A stretch of 64,000 bases of DNA from Alistipes sp. Zagget8 (GCA_001941065.1 MSHJ01000009.1:66810-130809); one strand, 5' to 3'. Shown: positions 30,094 through 39,135, numbered from the stretch's first letter. Translations and numbers: made by a program. The notes: generated by a model from the sequence alone, not told the origin.

Positions 30094-32762
30094 TCTCCGG
30101 CATGTTCAGGCGATTTCTTTGCTTTGCGCTGCTGCTGTCGTCGGCTGAATTCGTGTCGGCCCAGCGTGTCGTGCGGACGATCAACGAGTCGTGGCAGTTC
30201 CACAAAGGCGATCTGGCCGATCCTGCGACCGGGGACGGCGACGTTGCATGGGAAACCGTCTCGGTCCCGCATACCTGGAATGATAAGGATACCTCCGATG
30301 AGGTTGTCGGCTACTATCGCGGGGTGGGCTGGTACCGCCGCAATGTCGTGATCGCCGAACCGACTGAAAACCGCCGTTTCTATGCCCATTTCGAAGGTGC
30401 GAACCAGGAGGCGGAGCTTTTCGTCAACGGCCGCAGCGCCGGACGGCACAAGGGCGGTTATTCCGCATTTTGCTTCGATATTACGGACTATATCCATGCG
30501 GGCGAGAATTTCTTTGCCGTCAGGGTGGATAACAGTCACAATCCGCAGATTCCGCCCCTGTCGGCCGATTTCACCTTCTTCGGCGGCATTTACCGGGATG
30601 TTTCGCTGATCGTTACCGATGCGGTCCATATCTCGACGACCCACTACGCCACGAGCGGCGTTTATCTTTCGACGCCCGCCGTGAGCGCCCGGGCGGCCGA
30701 TGTCGAGGTCCGCACGCTGCTGGCCAACGGGTCGGCAAAGCCCGCGGCAGTGGTGTTGGAACACACGTTCGTGGCTCCTGACGGACAGGTTGCCGCCACG
30801 GTCGCCAAACGGGTGAAACTTCCGGCCGGCTGTGCGGATTTCGATGTGACTCTTCCGGTGCGTATCGACAACCCGCAGTTGTGGGATATGGACGATCCGC
30901 AGCTCTACCGCGTGTACACCCGCCTGACGGATGGCGCCGGCGGGGAACTCGACGGGGTGTCCAATTCGTTGGGCCTCCGGTGGTATGAGTTCGATCCCGA
31001 CCGGGGATTCTCGCTCAACGGCCGTTACCGCAAATTGATGGGAACCAACCGCCACCAGGACTATTATCACCTCGGGAATGCCCTTCGTGACGAGATGCAC
31101 GTAGGCGATGTCCGGCTGCTCAAGGAGATGGGTGGGAATTTCCTGCGTATCGCCCATTATCCCCAGGACCCGGTCATGCTGCAGATGTGCGACCGGCTGG
31201 GCATTGTCGCCTCTGTCGAGATTCCGGTGGTCAATGCCGTGACGATGTCTCCCGAGTTTGAGGAGTGCTGTGTGGAAATGACCCGCGAGATGGTTTACCA
31301 GAATTTCAACGCTCCCTCCGTCGTGATGTGGGCCTACATGAACGAGGTGATGCTGCGTCCGCCGTATGACAAGAAGGACGAGGCTGCCAAACGGACCTAC
31401 ATGGATTATGTCTATAAAATCGCATCCCGCATCGAGACGACGCTCCGCGAGCTCGATTCCGAACGCTATACGATGCTTCCGTGCCACGGCAGTCCTGAAC
31501 TATACGCCGAATGCGGGATCGCCGCGTTGCCGATGATCCTCGGCTGGAACCTTTACCACGGCTGGTACAGCAACGGATTCGACGGTTTTCCCCGGGCGTT
31601 GGATAAAATCCATGCAATGTTTCCCAGGCAGAGCATGCTGGTGACGGAGTATGGCGCTGATGTCGATCCGCGGCTTCATTCGTTCGACTCCGAACGGTTC
31701 GATTTCTCGTGTGAGTACGGACTGCGTTACCATCACTACTATATTCCCGAGATACTCAAGCGCCGCTGGCTGGCCGGTACGACCATCTGGAACCTCAACG
31801 ATTTCTATTCCGAGGCGCGCCGCGATGCCGTTCCCAACATCAACAACAAGGGCATCACCGGTGTGGACCGGGAGCTGAAAGACAGCTATTACCTGTATCA
31901 GGCCACGCTGAGCCACTCCCCTGTCCTGCATATCGGCGGGCGCAGCTGGAAGGTTCGCGGCGGTGCGGCCAATGACGCCGGGTGCTGCCCGCAGCCGGTC
32001 GAGGTCTATACCAATGCCCCGGAGGTGGAGTTGCTGCACAACGGAGTCAGCCTCGGGACGGTCCCTGCCGAAGGCGCCACGGCCCGGTTCACGGTTCCTT
32101 TTACCGACGGTGAAAACCAGCTCGAGGCCCTTGCGGCCAAAGACGGAAAACCGCTCCGCGATTTGATCCGTGTCGATTTCCGGCTCGTCGGTCACGACCT
32201 GAAGGATACGTTCTGCGAAATGAACGTGATGTTGGGCTCGAAGCGCTATTTCGAAGATCGCAGTGCCGAAATGGTCTGGATTCCCGAGCAGCCTTACGCT
32301 CCGGGCGGTTGGGGCTATGTCGGCGGGGAGGCCGCGCGGACGCGGACCCGTTACGGCTCGCTCCCCAGTTCGGACATCGATGTGCTGGGAACGGGCGACG
32401 ATCCCGTATTCCAGACCCAGCGGCGCGGATTGGAGGCTTTCCGGGCCGATGTCCCCGACGGACGGTACTATGTCTACCTCTATTGGGCGGAACTGGTCTC
32501 GCGTCAGGAACGCACGGCACTGGCCTACAACCTGGGTAACGACGTTATCGGCGAAGAGGCCACGGACCGGGTTTTCGACGTGGCCATCAACGGCATTCCC
32601 GTGTTGACCGCATTCGACCTGGCCCGTGAGTGCGGGGAGGAGCGTGCGGTCATCAAGAAATTCTCCGTCGATGTCCGCGACGGCCGAGGCCTTTGTATCG
32701 GTTTCACGCCCCGCAAGGGCGAACCGGTTTTGAATGCAGTCCGGATTTACCGCTGTTTCTAA
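30090..32762 (+). CDS. GH2 glycosidase (beta-galactosidase/glucuronidase-like) with C-terminal malectin-like domain
   Basis: VPHTWN, HFEGAN, GGIYRDV, GTNRHQD, RIAHYP, YMNE, VTEYGA, NNKG; C-terminal YWAE...RVFDV...VLNAVRIY. ATGA overlap with the upstream stop. Confidence 0.9.
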   Translation: MISGMFRRFLCFALLLSSAEFVSAQRVVRTINESWQFHKGDLADPATGDGDVAWETVSVPHTWNDKDTSDEVVGYYRGVGWYRRNVVIAEPTENRRFYAHFEGANQEAELFVNGRSAGRHKGGYSAFCFDITDYIHAGENFFAVRVDNSHNPQIPPLSADFTFFGGIYRDVSLIVTDAVHISTTHYATSGVYLSTPAVSARAADVEVRTLLANGSAKPAAVVLEHTFVAPDGQVAATVAKRVKLPAGCADFDVTLPVRIDNPQLWDMDDPQLYRVYTRLTDGAGGELDGVSNSLGLRWYEFDPDRGFSLNGRYRKLMGTNRHQDYYHLGNALRDEMHVGDVRLLKEMGGNFLRIAHYPQDPVMLQMCDRLGIVASVEIPVVNAVTMSPEFEECCVEMTREMVYQNFNAPSVVMWAYMNEVMLRPPYDKKDEAAKRTYMDYVYKIASRIETTLRELDSERYTMLPCHGSPELYAECGIAALPMILGWNLYHGWYSNGFDGFPRALDKIHAMFPRQSMLVTEYGADVDPRLHSFDSERFDFSCEYGLRYHHYYIPEILKRRWLAGTTIWNLNDFYSEARRDAVPNINNKGITGVDRELKDSYYLYQATLSHSPVLHIGGRSWKVRGGAANDAGCCPQPVEVYTNAPEVELLHNGVSLGTVPAEGATARFTVPFTDGENQLEALAAKDGKPLRDLIRVDFRLVGHDLKDTFCEMNVMLGSKRYFEDRSAEMVWIPEQPYAPGGWGYVGGEAARTRTRYGSLPSSDIDVLGTGDDPVFQTQRRGLEAFRADVPDGRYYVYLYWAELVSRQERTALAYNLGNDVIGEEATDRVFDVAINGIPVLTAFDLARECGEERAVIKKFSVDVRDGRGLCIGFTPRKGEPVLNAVRIYRCF

Positions 32763-32781
32763 CTTAACCTACATAAAAACA

Positions 32782-34329
32782 ATGAAAACGACTCTGAAAA
32801 CACTGATCGCTGCGTTTATACTGTTGCTGGGCACGACCGCCTGCGGAGACGACGATACGAAGCCGGGAGGCAACGGGGAGCCCGGCGGCCAGCCCGAACA
32901 ACCCGAACAGCCGCCTGTCGAACCGATAGACCCGGAGGATACGCTCCCCGAGCATCTGGCCGAGGAGGTTTACATGGGCGGCAAGCCCTATTATCCGATC
33001 ATGATGAAATATTCGACCGCCGTTCCCGTCAGCTGGAAGGATGCCAAGGCTCGTATCCTGCCCTATCTGATCGGGTTTGACGCAGCCTGCACCCGGGCCG
33101 AATACGTTGCCAAAACGAACCGGTACGGCAGTCGCACGGACCTGCCGGCTCAGGAAAAGACCGGGCGTTTCTACGTCAAGAAGATCGGCGACCGCTGGTG
33201 GCTCGTCGATCCCTACGGCTACCTGCACCACCATCGCGGCGTGGCATCGCTGCGACCCGGCACCTCTGCCCGCAACCAGACGGCTTTCAACCAGAAATTC
33301 GGCAGCGATACCAAGTGGCTTAAGCAGACCCAGGAGGAACTGGCCAAGGTCGGCGTTCACGGCTCCGGGGCCTTTTGCACGGATTACTACCAGAAAATCC
33401 AGGCCTATAATGCCATGAACCAGGACAAGCCCATCACGCTGACCCCTTCGTTCAGTTTCCTGTCTCAGTTCCGTGCCAAATACGGCCTGAGCTATTGCAA
33501 CGGCAATTCCGATACGGCGGCCGGCCTTGTGCTCAACGAGAAATGGCCGACGTTCTGTGAGGAGTTCATCCGCTCGGAGCTGCGTCCTTACCTGAACGAC
33601 CCCAACGTGCTGGGGTTCTATTCGGACAATGAGATCGATTTCACCTCCAACGGCACCTACATTCTCGACCGCATCCTCGATTCGAAGAACACGGGCGACC
33701 TGGCTTATCAGGCCGCGCGTTCCTTTATGCAGGGCAAAGGGGCCGACAAGGTTACCGAAGCGCTGAACGACGAATTTGCAGGCATGCTGGCTGAAAAATA
33801 TTACAAGGGCGTGAAAGAGGCGCTGCTCAAGGTCGACCGGCAGATGCTCTACCTGGGAAGCCGTCTGCATGGCAAGCCCAAATATATGGAAGGCATCGTG
33901 CGGGCGGCGGGCAAGTACTGCGACGTCATTTCGATCAACTATTATTCGCGCTGGGACGTGGAGTTGAACGGACGTGTCGCTGACTGGGCGAAATGGGCCC
34001 CCGATGCCCCGTTCCTGGTGACCGAGTTCTACACCAAGGCGATGGACACCGACCTGAATAACCTTTCCGGGGCCGGTTTTGCCGTCGAGACCCAGAAGGA
34101 CCGGGCTTATGCCTACCAGCATTTCACGCTCGGGCTCCTCGAGGCGAAGAACTGCGTGGGCTGGCACTGGTTCAAGTACATGGACGACGACGGGAACGAC
34201 AACAGCGGCAAGCCTGCCAACAAGGGCCTGTTCGACAATAATTACGACATATATCCCTGGCTGGGCATGTACATGAAGAATATCAATTACAATGCTTACA
34301 AACTGATCGATTTCTTCGACGGGAAATAG
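32782..34329 (+). CDS. GH50-like (agarase-like, clan GH-A) lipoprotein, probable surface endo-glycanase
   Basis: Start at ATG 32782; lipobox TTAC followed by acidic residues and a Pro/Glu linker; TGRFYVKKIGDRWWLVDPYG, GFYSDNE, DVISINYY, PFLVTEF, VGWHWF. Confidence 0.7.
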   Translation: MKTTLKTLIAAFILLLGTTACGDDDTKPGGNGEPGGQPEQPEQPPVEPIDPEDTLPEHLAEEVYMGGKPYYPIMMKYSTAVPVSWKDAKARILPYLIGFDAACTRAEYVAKTNRYGSRTDLPAQEKTGRFYVKKIGDRWWLVDPYGYLHHHRGVASLRPGTSARNQTAFNQKFGSDTKWLKQTQEELAKVGVHGSGAFCTDYYQKIQAYNAMNQDKPITLTPSFSFLSQFRAKYGLSYCNGNSDTAAGLVLNEKWPTFCEEFIRSELRPYLNDPNVLGFYSDNEIDFTSNGTYILDRILDSKNTGDLAYQAARSFMQGKGADKVTEALNDEFAGMLAEKYYKGVKEALLKVDRQMLYLGSRLHGKPKYMEGIVRAAGKYCDVISINYYSRWDVELNGRVADWAKWAPDAPFLVTEFYTKAMDTDLNNLSGAGFAVETQKDRAYAYQHFTLGLLEAKNCVGWHWFKYMDDDGNDNSGKPANKGLFDNNYDIYPWLGMYMKNINYNAYKLIDFFDGK

Positions 34330-34350
34330 TCCGTGATGACTCGTCAATGA

Positions 34351-34385
34351 AAACCGCTCCGGGATTCCCGGAGCGGTTTGTTTTT
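34351..34385. terminator. bidirectional intrinsic terminator
   Basis: aaaccgctccggg-att-cccggagcggttt between convergent genes. Confidence 0.85.
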
Positions 34386-34400
34386 GGTGGGTGGAATGCG

Positions 34401-35186
34401 TCAGCGGATTGTTTTGCCGTAAACGCGTTTCAGGATTTTCTCTGCATAACGCCTGCCCAGCAGCAGTTGTCCGTCACGGCTGAAATGGGGATCGGACGCA
34501 TCGATCAGCGGCGTGCAATCCTCCGACGAAACGTAGTCCGAATCGGGAATCCGGTCGGCGATCCCTGCGATCACGCCGTTGAATGCTTCGGCATTTTTAT
34601 TCCACCGGGCAATCTCCCCGGCGATAAAGGGAACGTCGCCCAGATCGGCCCGCAGGTCGGCTACGAATCCGGCCAGTTGGTCCAGATAGGTTGCACTCCG
34701 CGATCCGTTGCTTTCGCCCTGGTGCCAGATGATCACTTTCAGTCGGCCGTACCGCATTGCTTCGCGTGCCCGGCGTACCGCATCCTCGTAGAAGGAGTTG
34801 CCGCGGCCCTTGGTCCATTCTTCCAGCGCAGAACCTCCCCGGGCGTTGACTACCAGCAGGATTTTGCGCCCGGTACGGCGGTGCAGTTCCTGCGAGAACC
34901 CTTCGCCGGGACCGACCTGCTGCAACGGCAGCCGTTTGCGGATGGTCGAGTAGCGGTTCAGCGGCGAGCGGGCCGGTTCGATCTCTCCCCGGTCGTTCAG
35001 CAGCCATACTCCGTCGAGTATTTGCGTGGTATCGGAGGCGATCATACGGCCGCGGCCGGCCATGTTCGATTGCCCGATCAGCAGATAGACGTCATAACGC
35101 TGTCCCTTTTTACCCCGGGCCGCAGTTGTATGGGGAACTGATGCGGCAAGGAGTGCGACGACGGCGACAAGGATTAATTTTTTCAT
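34401..35186 (-). CDS. short SASA/CE6-like acetylesterase with Sec signal peptide
   Basis: True start MKKLILVAVV at 35186 (the 547 aa ORF overextends into the upstream gene); LLIGQSNMAGRG, NARGGS, WHQGES, DPHF. Confidence 0.85.
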   Translation of the reverse strand: MKKLILVAVVALLAASVPHTTAARGKKGQRYDVYLLIGQSNMAGRGRMIASDTTQILDGVWLLNDRGEIEPARSPLNRYSTIRKRLPLQQVGPGEGFSQELHRRTGRKILLVVNARGGSALEEWTKGRGNSFYEDAVRRAREAMRYGRLKVIIWHQGESNGSRSATYLDQLAGFVADLRADLGDVPFIAGEIARWNKNAEAFNGVIAGIADRIPDSDYVSSEDCTPLIDASDPHFSRDGQLLLGRRYAEKILKRVYGKTIR

Positions 35187-35197
35187 AGTTCTATTTT

Positions 35198-37492
35198 TTA
35201 ACGGTTTTTTCGAAATTCGGGGCGTCCGAAATGGAGGTCGGCAAAATCGTAGTAACAGCGCCAGTCGACCGCCGTGATGGAGTGTTCGCCCCGTTTGGTA
35301 TGGAATCCGACGGGTCCCATGACGGGGGTGCCGACCGCCGGGAGCGAATCCAGCCCGACGGGTTTGAGCCCCAATAGCTCGTAAGCGGGCAATGCGGCCT
35401 GCAATGCGGCGAATTCGTCTTTGGGCACGGCATACCGGTCGCGGTCGGAATCGGCGACATAGAGCGGTCTCGGTGCGATCAGGGCCAGTAGTTGGTGCTG
35501 GTCCACGGGGAATTCGCCGGTGCAATGGGCGTAGCGGGCGAATGCCGGGGCCATCCAGTGCGGAAACCGTTTGCAGATGTCTCCGATCGATTCGGCCGTA
35601 TTCCCGCGAAAGAGCGATGCCCCGCCGGACCCCGAACTGCTCGAAATGACCATTGCGAAGCGCTCGTCCCGGGCGCCGGCCCAGAGGACTGTTTTGCCGT
35701 TGCGCGAACAGCCGATGAGTGCAACGCGGCGGGCGTCGATCGATGGTTCCTGTTCCAGGTAGTCCATCACGCGGGAAAGGCCCCAGGCCGTGATACCGAT
35801 GAACCCGCAGCTCAGCGAGTCGCGTCCCGCGGGGTATAGCATGGCGCCTGCGCCGTGATCGGGGCCCTGCGGCCAGTCTTCGCACAGGTCGCCGTTGTAA
35901 AAGGTCGCCACGGCATAGCCCCGCCGCAGGGTTTCGCGGATGTTCCAGCTCAGGCTGTCGGCGCCCCGGCGTGAAAGGTCGATCCCGTGGCGCGGATTGC
36001 GGTAGCGCGAGGTGTCGGGCAGCGAGATGCCCGTATCGCCGCATACGCTGTGGTTGCCGTTGAAATTAGGCCCCAGGAAGAGCGCTGCCGGGCGTTTCAG
36101 TCCGTTGGGGACATAGATCAGCAACCGGAGGCTGCATGACCGCCCGTCTTTCCGGAAAGCGATCGTCACCTCTTTTCTCGTTGCCGTTCCGCCTAATGCC
36201 TTCCGGTCGGTGTACTCCACCTGCGGAACGACCTCGACGGAACGGTCTTCCGGGATACGGCCGTACTCGTTCTCTTCGAACAGCGTCAGCAGTTCGGCCC
36301 GGCGGCGGCGCCATGACTGCGGAGTCGTGCCGGCTTTGGTTAACTCGGGAAGCGGCGAGCAGGGGCGGCCGAAAATCCGATCGGCGAAATTCATCGCCTG
36401 TTCCCAGTCGTAGGGTTTGACGCCGTGGCGACCGGGGTTGATGTGGAACCCGATGTATCCGTCCTGTATCGGTTCGCAGAGTTTCGGGAGGCTTTGCCGG
36501 TCCATGCCCGGGTATCCCAGGAACCGGTAGATGCTGTCGGCTTGTCTCAGGTAGGAGAATTCCAGTTCGGGGACTGCATAGATGTCTTTTTCCGAAGTCG
36601 TGGAGCAGAGCGGCCGGGGAGCTGTGAGGGCCAGCAGCAGTTCCTTGCCGTCGGAGGGCTTCACCACTCCGCCGGCGCAATGCGGAACGACCATGGCGAA
36701 GCGTTGGTCCTGTGCTCCGGCCCACAGGGCGGCCTTGCCCAGACGGGACACTCCCGTGACGAAAACGCGGTCGGCATCGATGAGTTTTTCAGCCTGCAGG
36801 CAGTCCATCATCCGGGAAAGTCCCCAGGCCCAGAGCCCGAGCCTTCCGCACGGCTTTTGCGACGGCATATCCCGGTATATCAGCGGTGCGACGCTGGCAT
36901 CGTATCCTCCGTCGTAATCCTCGTAAATATCGCCGTAATGGAGCGTGGCGAGCGCATAGCCGCGGCGGATCATCGCTTCGGCCTGCCACTCTCCGGCGGC
37001 GGACCCGCGCAACTCTTCCCGGGCCGTGTGTACGGTTGTTCCGTCGGCGAGCCGCTGGCTGACCCATTTCCCGGTCAGGGGAACCCCGGGGTCGTTCGTT
37101 ACCGTGTAATTCCCGTGGAAATTGTACCCCAGAAACACGGGAGGGCGCTTTACGTGGTTGGGAACCAACAGCAACAGCATGGCGGATCGCGTGCGGCTGC
37201 CGTCCGAGAAGGTGACGCGCACCTGTTTGAGCGTTGCCCGGCCGTCCATCGCTTCCCGGTTCAGGGAGATCGTTTCGCAGGTGGTGGTGAGGTTCGTGTT
37301 GTCCGGGATGTATCCGTAGATGCGCTGTCGCAGGGTGTCCAGCAACTGCGGACGGCGTTCGGCCTGCCATTCCGCCGCTCCGCGGACAGGTCTTCCGTCC
37401 GGGAACCGGAGTAATTCCGCGGCGGAGAAAGTTTGTGCGGAAGCGATAAACAGGCTTCCGCAGGCCAGCATGAGGGAGAACAGTCGTTTCAT
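35198..37492 (-). CDS. tandem two-domain CE15 (glucuronoyl esterase-like) protein
   Basis: Two repeats of W..RR..LL...YG.IP, AWGLSR.MD.L, GVSRLGK / GCSRNGK, LAL.APRPL and G.H....DW. Confidence 0.8.
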   Translation of the reverse strand: MKRLFSLMLACGSLFIASAQTFSAAELLRFPDGRPVRGAAEWQAERRPQLLDTLRQRIYGYIPDNTNLTTTCETISLNREAMDGRATLKQVRVTFSDGSRTRSAMLLLLVPNHVKRPPVFLGYNFHGNYTVTNDPGVPLTGKWVSQRLADGTTVHTAREELRGSAAGEWQAEAMIRRGYALATLHYGDIYEDYDGGYDASVAPLIYRDMPSQKPCGRLGLWAWGLSRMMDCLQAEKLIDADRVFVTGVSRLGKAALWAGAQDQRFAMVVPHCAGGVVKPSDGKELLLALTAPRPLCSTTSEKDIYAVPELEFSYLRQADSIYRFLGYPGMDRQSLPKLCEPIQDGYIGFHINPGRHGVKPYDWEQAMNFADRIFGRPCSPLPELTKAGTTPQSWRRRRAELLTLFEENEYGRIPEDRSVEVVPQVEYTDRKALGGTATRKEVTIAFRKDGRSCSLRLLIYVPNGLKRPAALFLGPNFNGNHSVCGDTGISLPDTSRYRNPRHGIDLSRRGADSLSWNIRETLRRGYAVATFYNGDLCEDWPQGPDHGAGAMLYPAGRDSLSCGFIGITAWGLSRVMDYLEQEPSIDARRVALIGCSRNGKTVLWAGARDERFAMVISSSSGSGGASLFRGNTAESIGDICKRFPHWMAPAFARYAHCTGEFPVDQHQLLALIAPRPLYVADSDRDRYAVPKDEFAALQAALPAYELLGLKPVGLDSLPAVGTPVMGPVGFHTKRGEHSITAVDWRCYYDFADLHFGRPEFRKNR

Positions 37493-37518
37493 CGGGACAG
37501 GCATTAGGTTTCCGGAAA

Positions 37519-37584
37519 CAAATTAACACATTTTATCGGTCCCGCAATGAAGGTTTCATACAAATAAAGTAGTAAAAATCATCC
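37519..37584 (-). promoter_or_regulatory. putative HTCS site plus -7 element for the CE15 operon
   Basis: Minus strand ttGTATG (37561) with TTAATTTG at 37526 (+35). The upstream half-site (GGATG, 37584) is 23 rather than 21 bp away. Confidence 0.5.
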
Positions 37585-37617
37585 GGGGAACGCTTTTTTA
37601 AAGGGGTTCGGCCTTTT

Positions 37618-37681
37618 GTACGATATTAATGTTTTTGTGATTAATACTTACATCTGGAATTGCCAAATAATCGTCACTTTG
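37618..37681 (+). promoter_or_regulatory. putative HTCS site plus -7 element for the BACON lipoprotein gene
   Basis: gccttttGTACGatattaat closely matches the 11771 site; second half-site at 37639; TCACTTTG at 37674 (+35). Confidence 0.6.
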
Positions 37682-37724
37682 CATTGCGTAAAAAGCCTTG
37701 ACTACAACCAAAATCACAAAAACA

Positions 37725-38921
37725 ATGAGAAAAATTCTACATCTTTTCGCATTCGCACCTCTCATCGTAGGATTATGCGCTTGCAACAGCAGCGAATCCG
37801 TACTCACTGCCGGTGGTACGATGCCTGATCCGGGACCAGAAGTTGCTCCCGAAGCTACATTGTCCCTTTCCCAGAACGAGGTCACCATCGGGGGCTCGGC
37901 CTTCGACGAAGGTGAGACGACCCTGCAAAGTAATCAGCGGACCTTCTCGGCCAACAGCAACGACAGTTGGGTGAAGGCCGAAATCGAAGGGAAAATCCTC
38001 CGGGCGGTAGCTTCCGAACCCAATAAAACGGGCGGTGTGCGCACGGGATCGATCACCGTAACGGCCGGCACCGGAGAAAATACGAAGACGGCGACGCTGA
38101 CCGTCCGCCAGAACCTGTGGGACGAATCGACCGAAAAGCCGATCCTCAACCTGGAGCAGACGACGGCCGTGCTGGATGCCGGGGCCGGAGCTTCGGCGAC
38201 CGTGGCTTTCGAGACCAATAAAGACCAGGTAACCGCAGCCGTGGCCGACGATATCGATTGGCTGAGCGCAGCGATCGAAGATAACAATGTCGTGCTGAAA
38301 GCCCTGACCGCGAACGACGGCGACAAGGCGCGTGAAGCCGTGGTTACGGTTACGGCAGGTTTGGCCGCGAACAGCACTTCGGCGACGATCACCGTTACGC
38401 AGCGGGTTGCCGTTCCCGAAGGCCTGACGATCGGCGCCCCTTACGGAGGCGGTATGATCGTGGAGGTAGGGGCTGATGAAAGCTACGTGAAGATCATCTC
38501 GCTTACCGAGACCAAGGTCGTGTGGAGTACTGAAAACGAAGATACGGGTCTTCCCAATACCAATGCCGACGGTCTGGGCAATACGGCCAAGCTTCAGGCG
38601 ATGCCCAACTATGCTGCCGGAGCTTACCCTGCCGCGAAATTCTGTACCGATATGGGGGAGGGCTGGTACCTGCCGTCGCGTGAGGAGATGAAGGTGATGA
38701 GCGATACGCTGAAAGGGATTCAGGCCGAGGTCAACACCTATCTGGAGGCTTTGGGTGGCACCGTGCTTGATTTCAGTGCCTACTACTGGGTAAGCAATCA
38801 GCACGCCACCGATTTTACCAAGGCGTTTACAATGCGCCTGCGGGATAAGGGAGCGGCATCCTATGCCAAGAGTACGACGCCCCGTCCGGTGCGAGCCATG
38901 AAAACGATCAATTTGAAATAG
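37725..38921 (+). CDS. lipoprotein with two BACON domains and a C-terminal DUF1566/Lcl (C-type lectin-like) domain
   Basis: Lipobox LCAC; two W-V/L...N...R...ITVTAG...TV.Q BACON units; GWYLPSREEM...YYWVS...RPVRAM. Confidence 0.7.
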   Translation: MRKILHLFAFAPLIVGLCACNSSESVLTAGGTMPDPGPEVAPEATLSLSQNEVTIGGSAFDEGETTLQSNQRTFSANSNDSWVKAEIEGKILRAVASEPNKTGGVRTGSITVTAGTGENTKTATLTVRQNLWDESTEKPILNLEQTTAVLDAGAGASATVAFETNKDQVTAAVADDIDWLSAAIEDNNVVLKALTANDGDKAREAVVTVTAGLAANSTSATITVTQRVAVPEGLTIGAPYGGGMIVEVGADESYVKIISLTETKVVWSTENEDTGLPNTNADGLGNTAKLQAMPNYAAGAYPAAKFCTDMGEGWYLPSREEMKVMSDTLKGIQAEVNTYLEALGGTVLDFSAYYWVSNQHATDFTKAFTMRLRDKGAASYAKSTTPRPVRAMKTINLK

Positions 38922-38950
38922 AACAGGACGTTTTAGGTTTAGGTTAGTGG

Positions 38951-39000
38951 ATTCTTCCGGAGGCCGGAACGTAAGTTCGGTTTCCGGAAGAATTTTTTTA
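38951..39000 (+). terminator. intrinsic terminator at the right end of the PUL
   Basis: attcttccgga...tccggaagaat hairpin followed by a T-run. Confidence 0.75.
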
Positions 39001-39033
39001 TGCCGGAGACTCCGGGCGGCGGGGGTTATAAAT

Positions 39034-39070
39034 AAGAAAGGCGGCCGGGAAATTCCCAGCCGCCTTTCTT
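39034..39070. terminator. bidirectional-type terminator
   Basis: aagaaaggcggccggga-aat-tcccagccgcctttctt. Confidence 0.75.
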
Positions 39071-39135
39071 TGTAATGGGGTGCAAACCCGGATCGAAATC
39101 TTGTTAGCCGCTCCTGAACCTGACTTTCTAAGCCA

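Noticed and set aside
34401-36044. 547 aa ORF as a single protein
   Set aside because: The N-terminal half is an alternative frame of the CE15 gene; the real gene starts at 35186 with a signal peptide.
37725-38921. Diversity-generating retroelement
   Set aside because: Only a target-like domain is present; no reverse transcriptase or template repeat was seen in the window.
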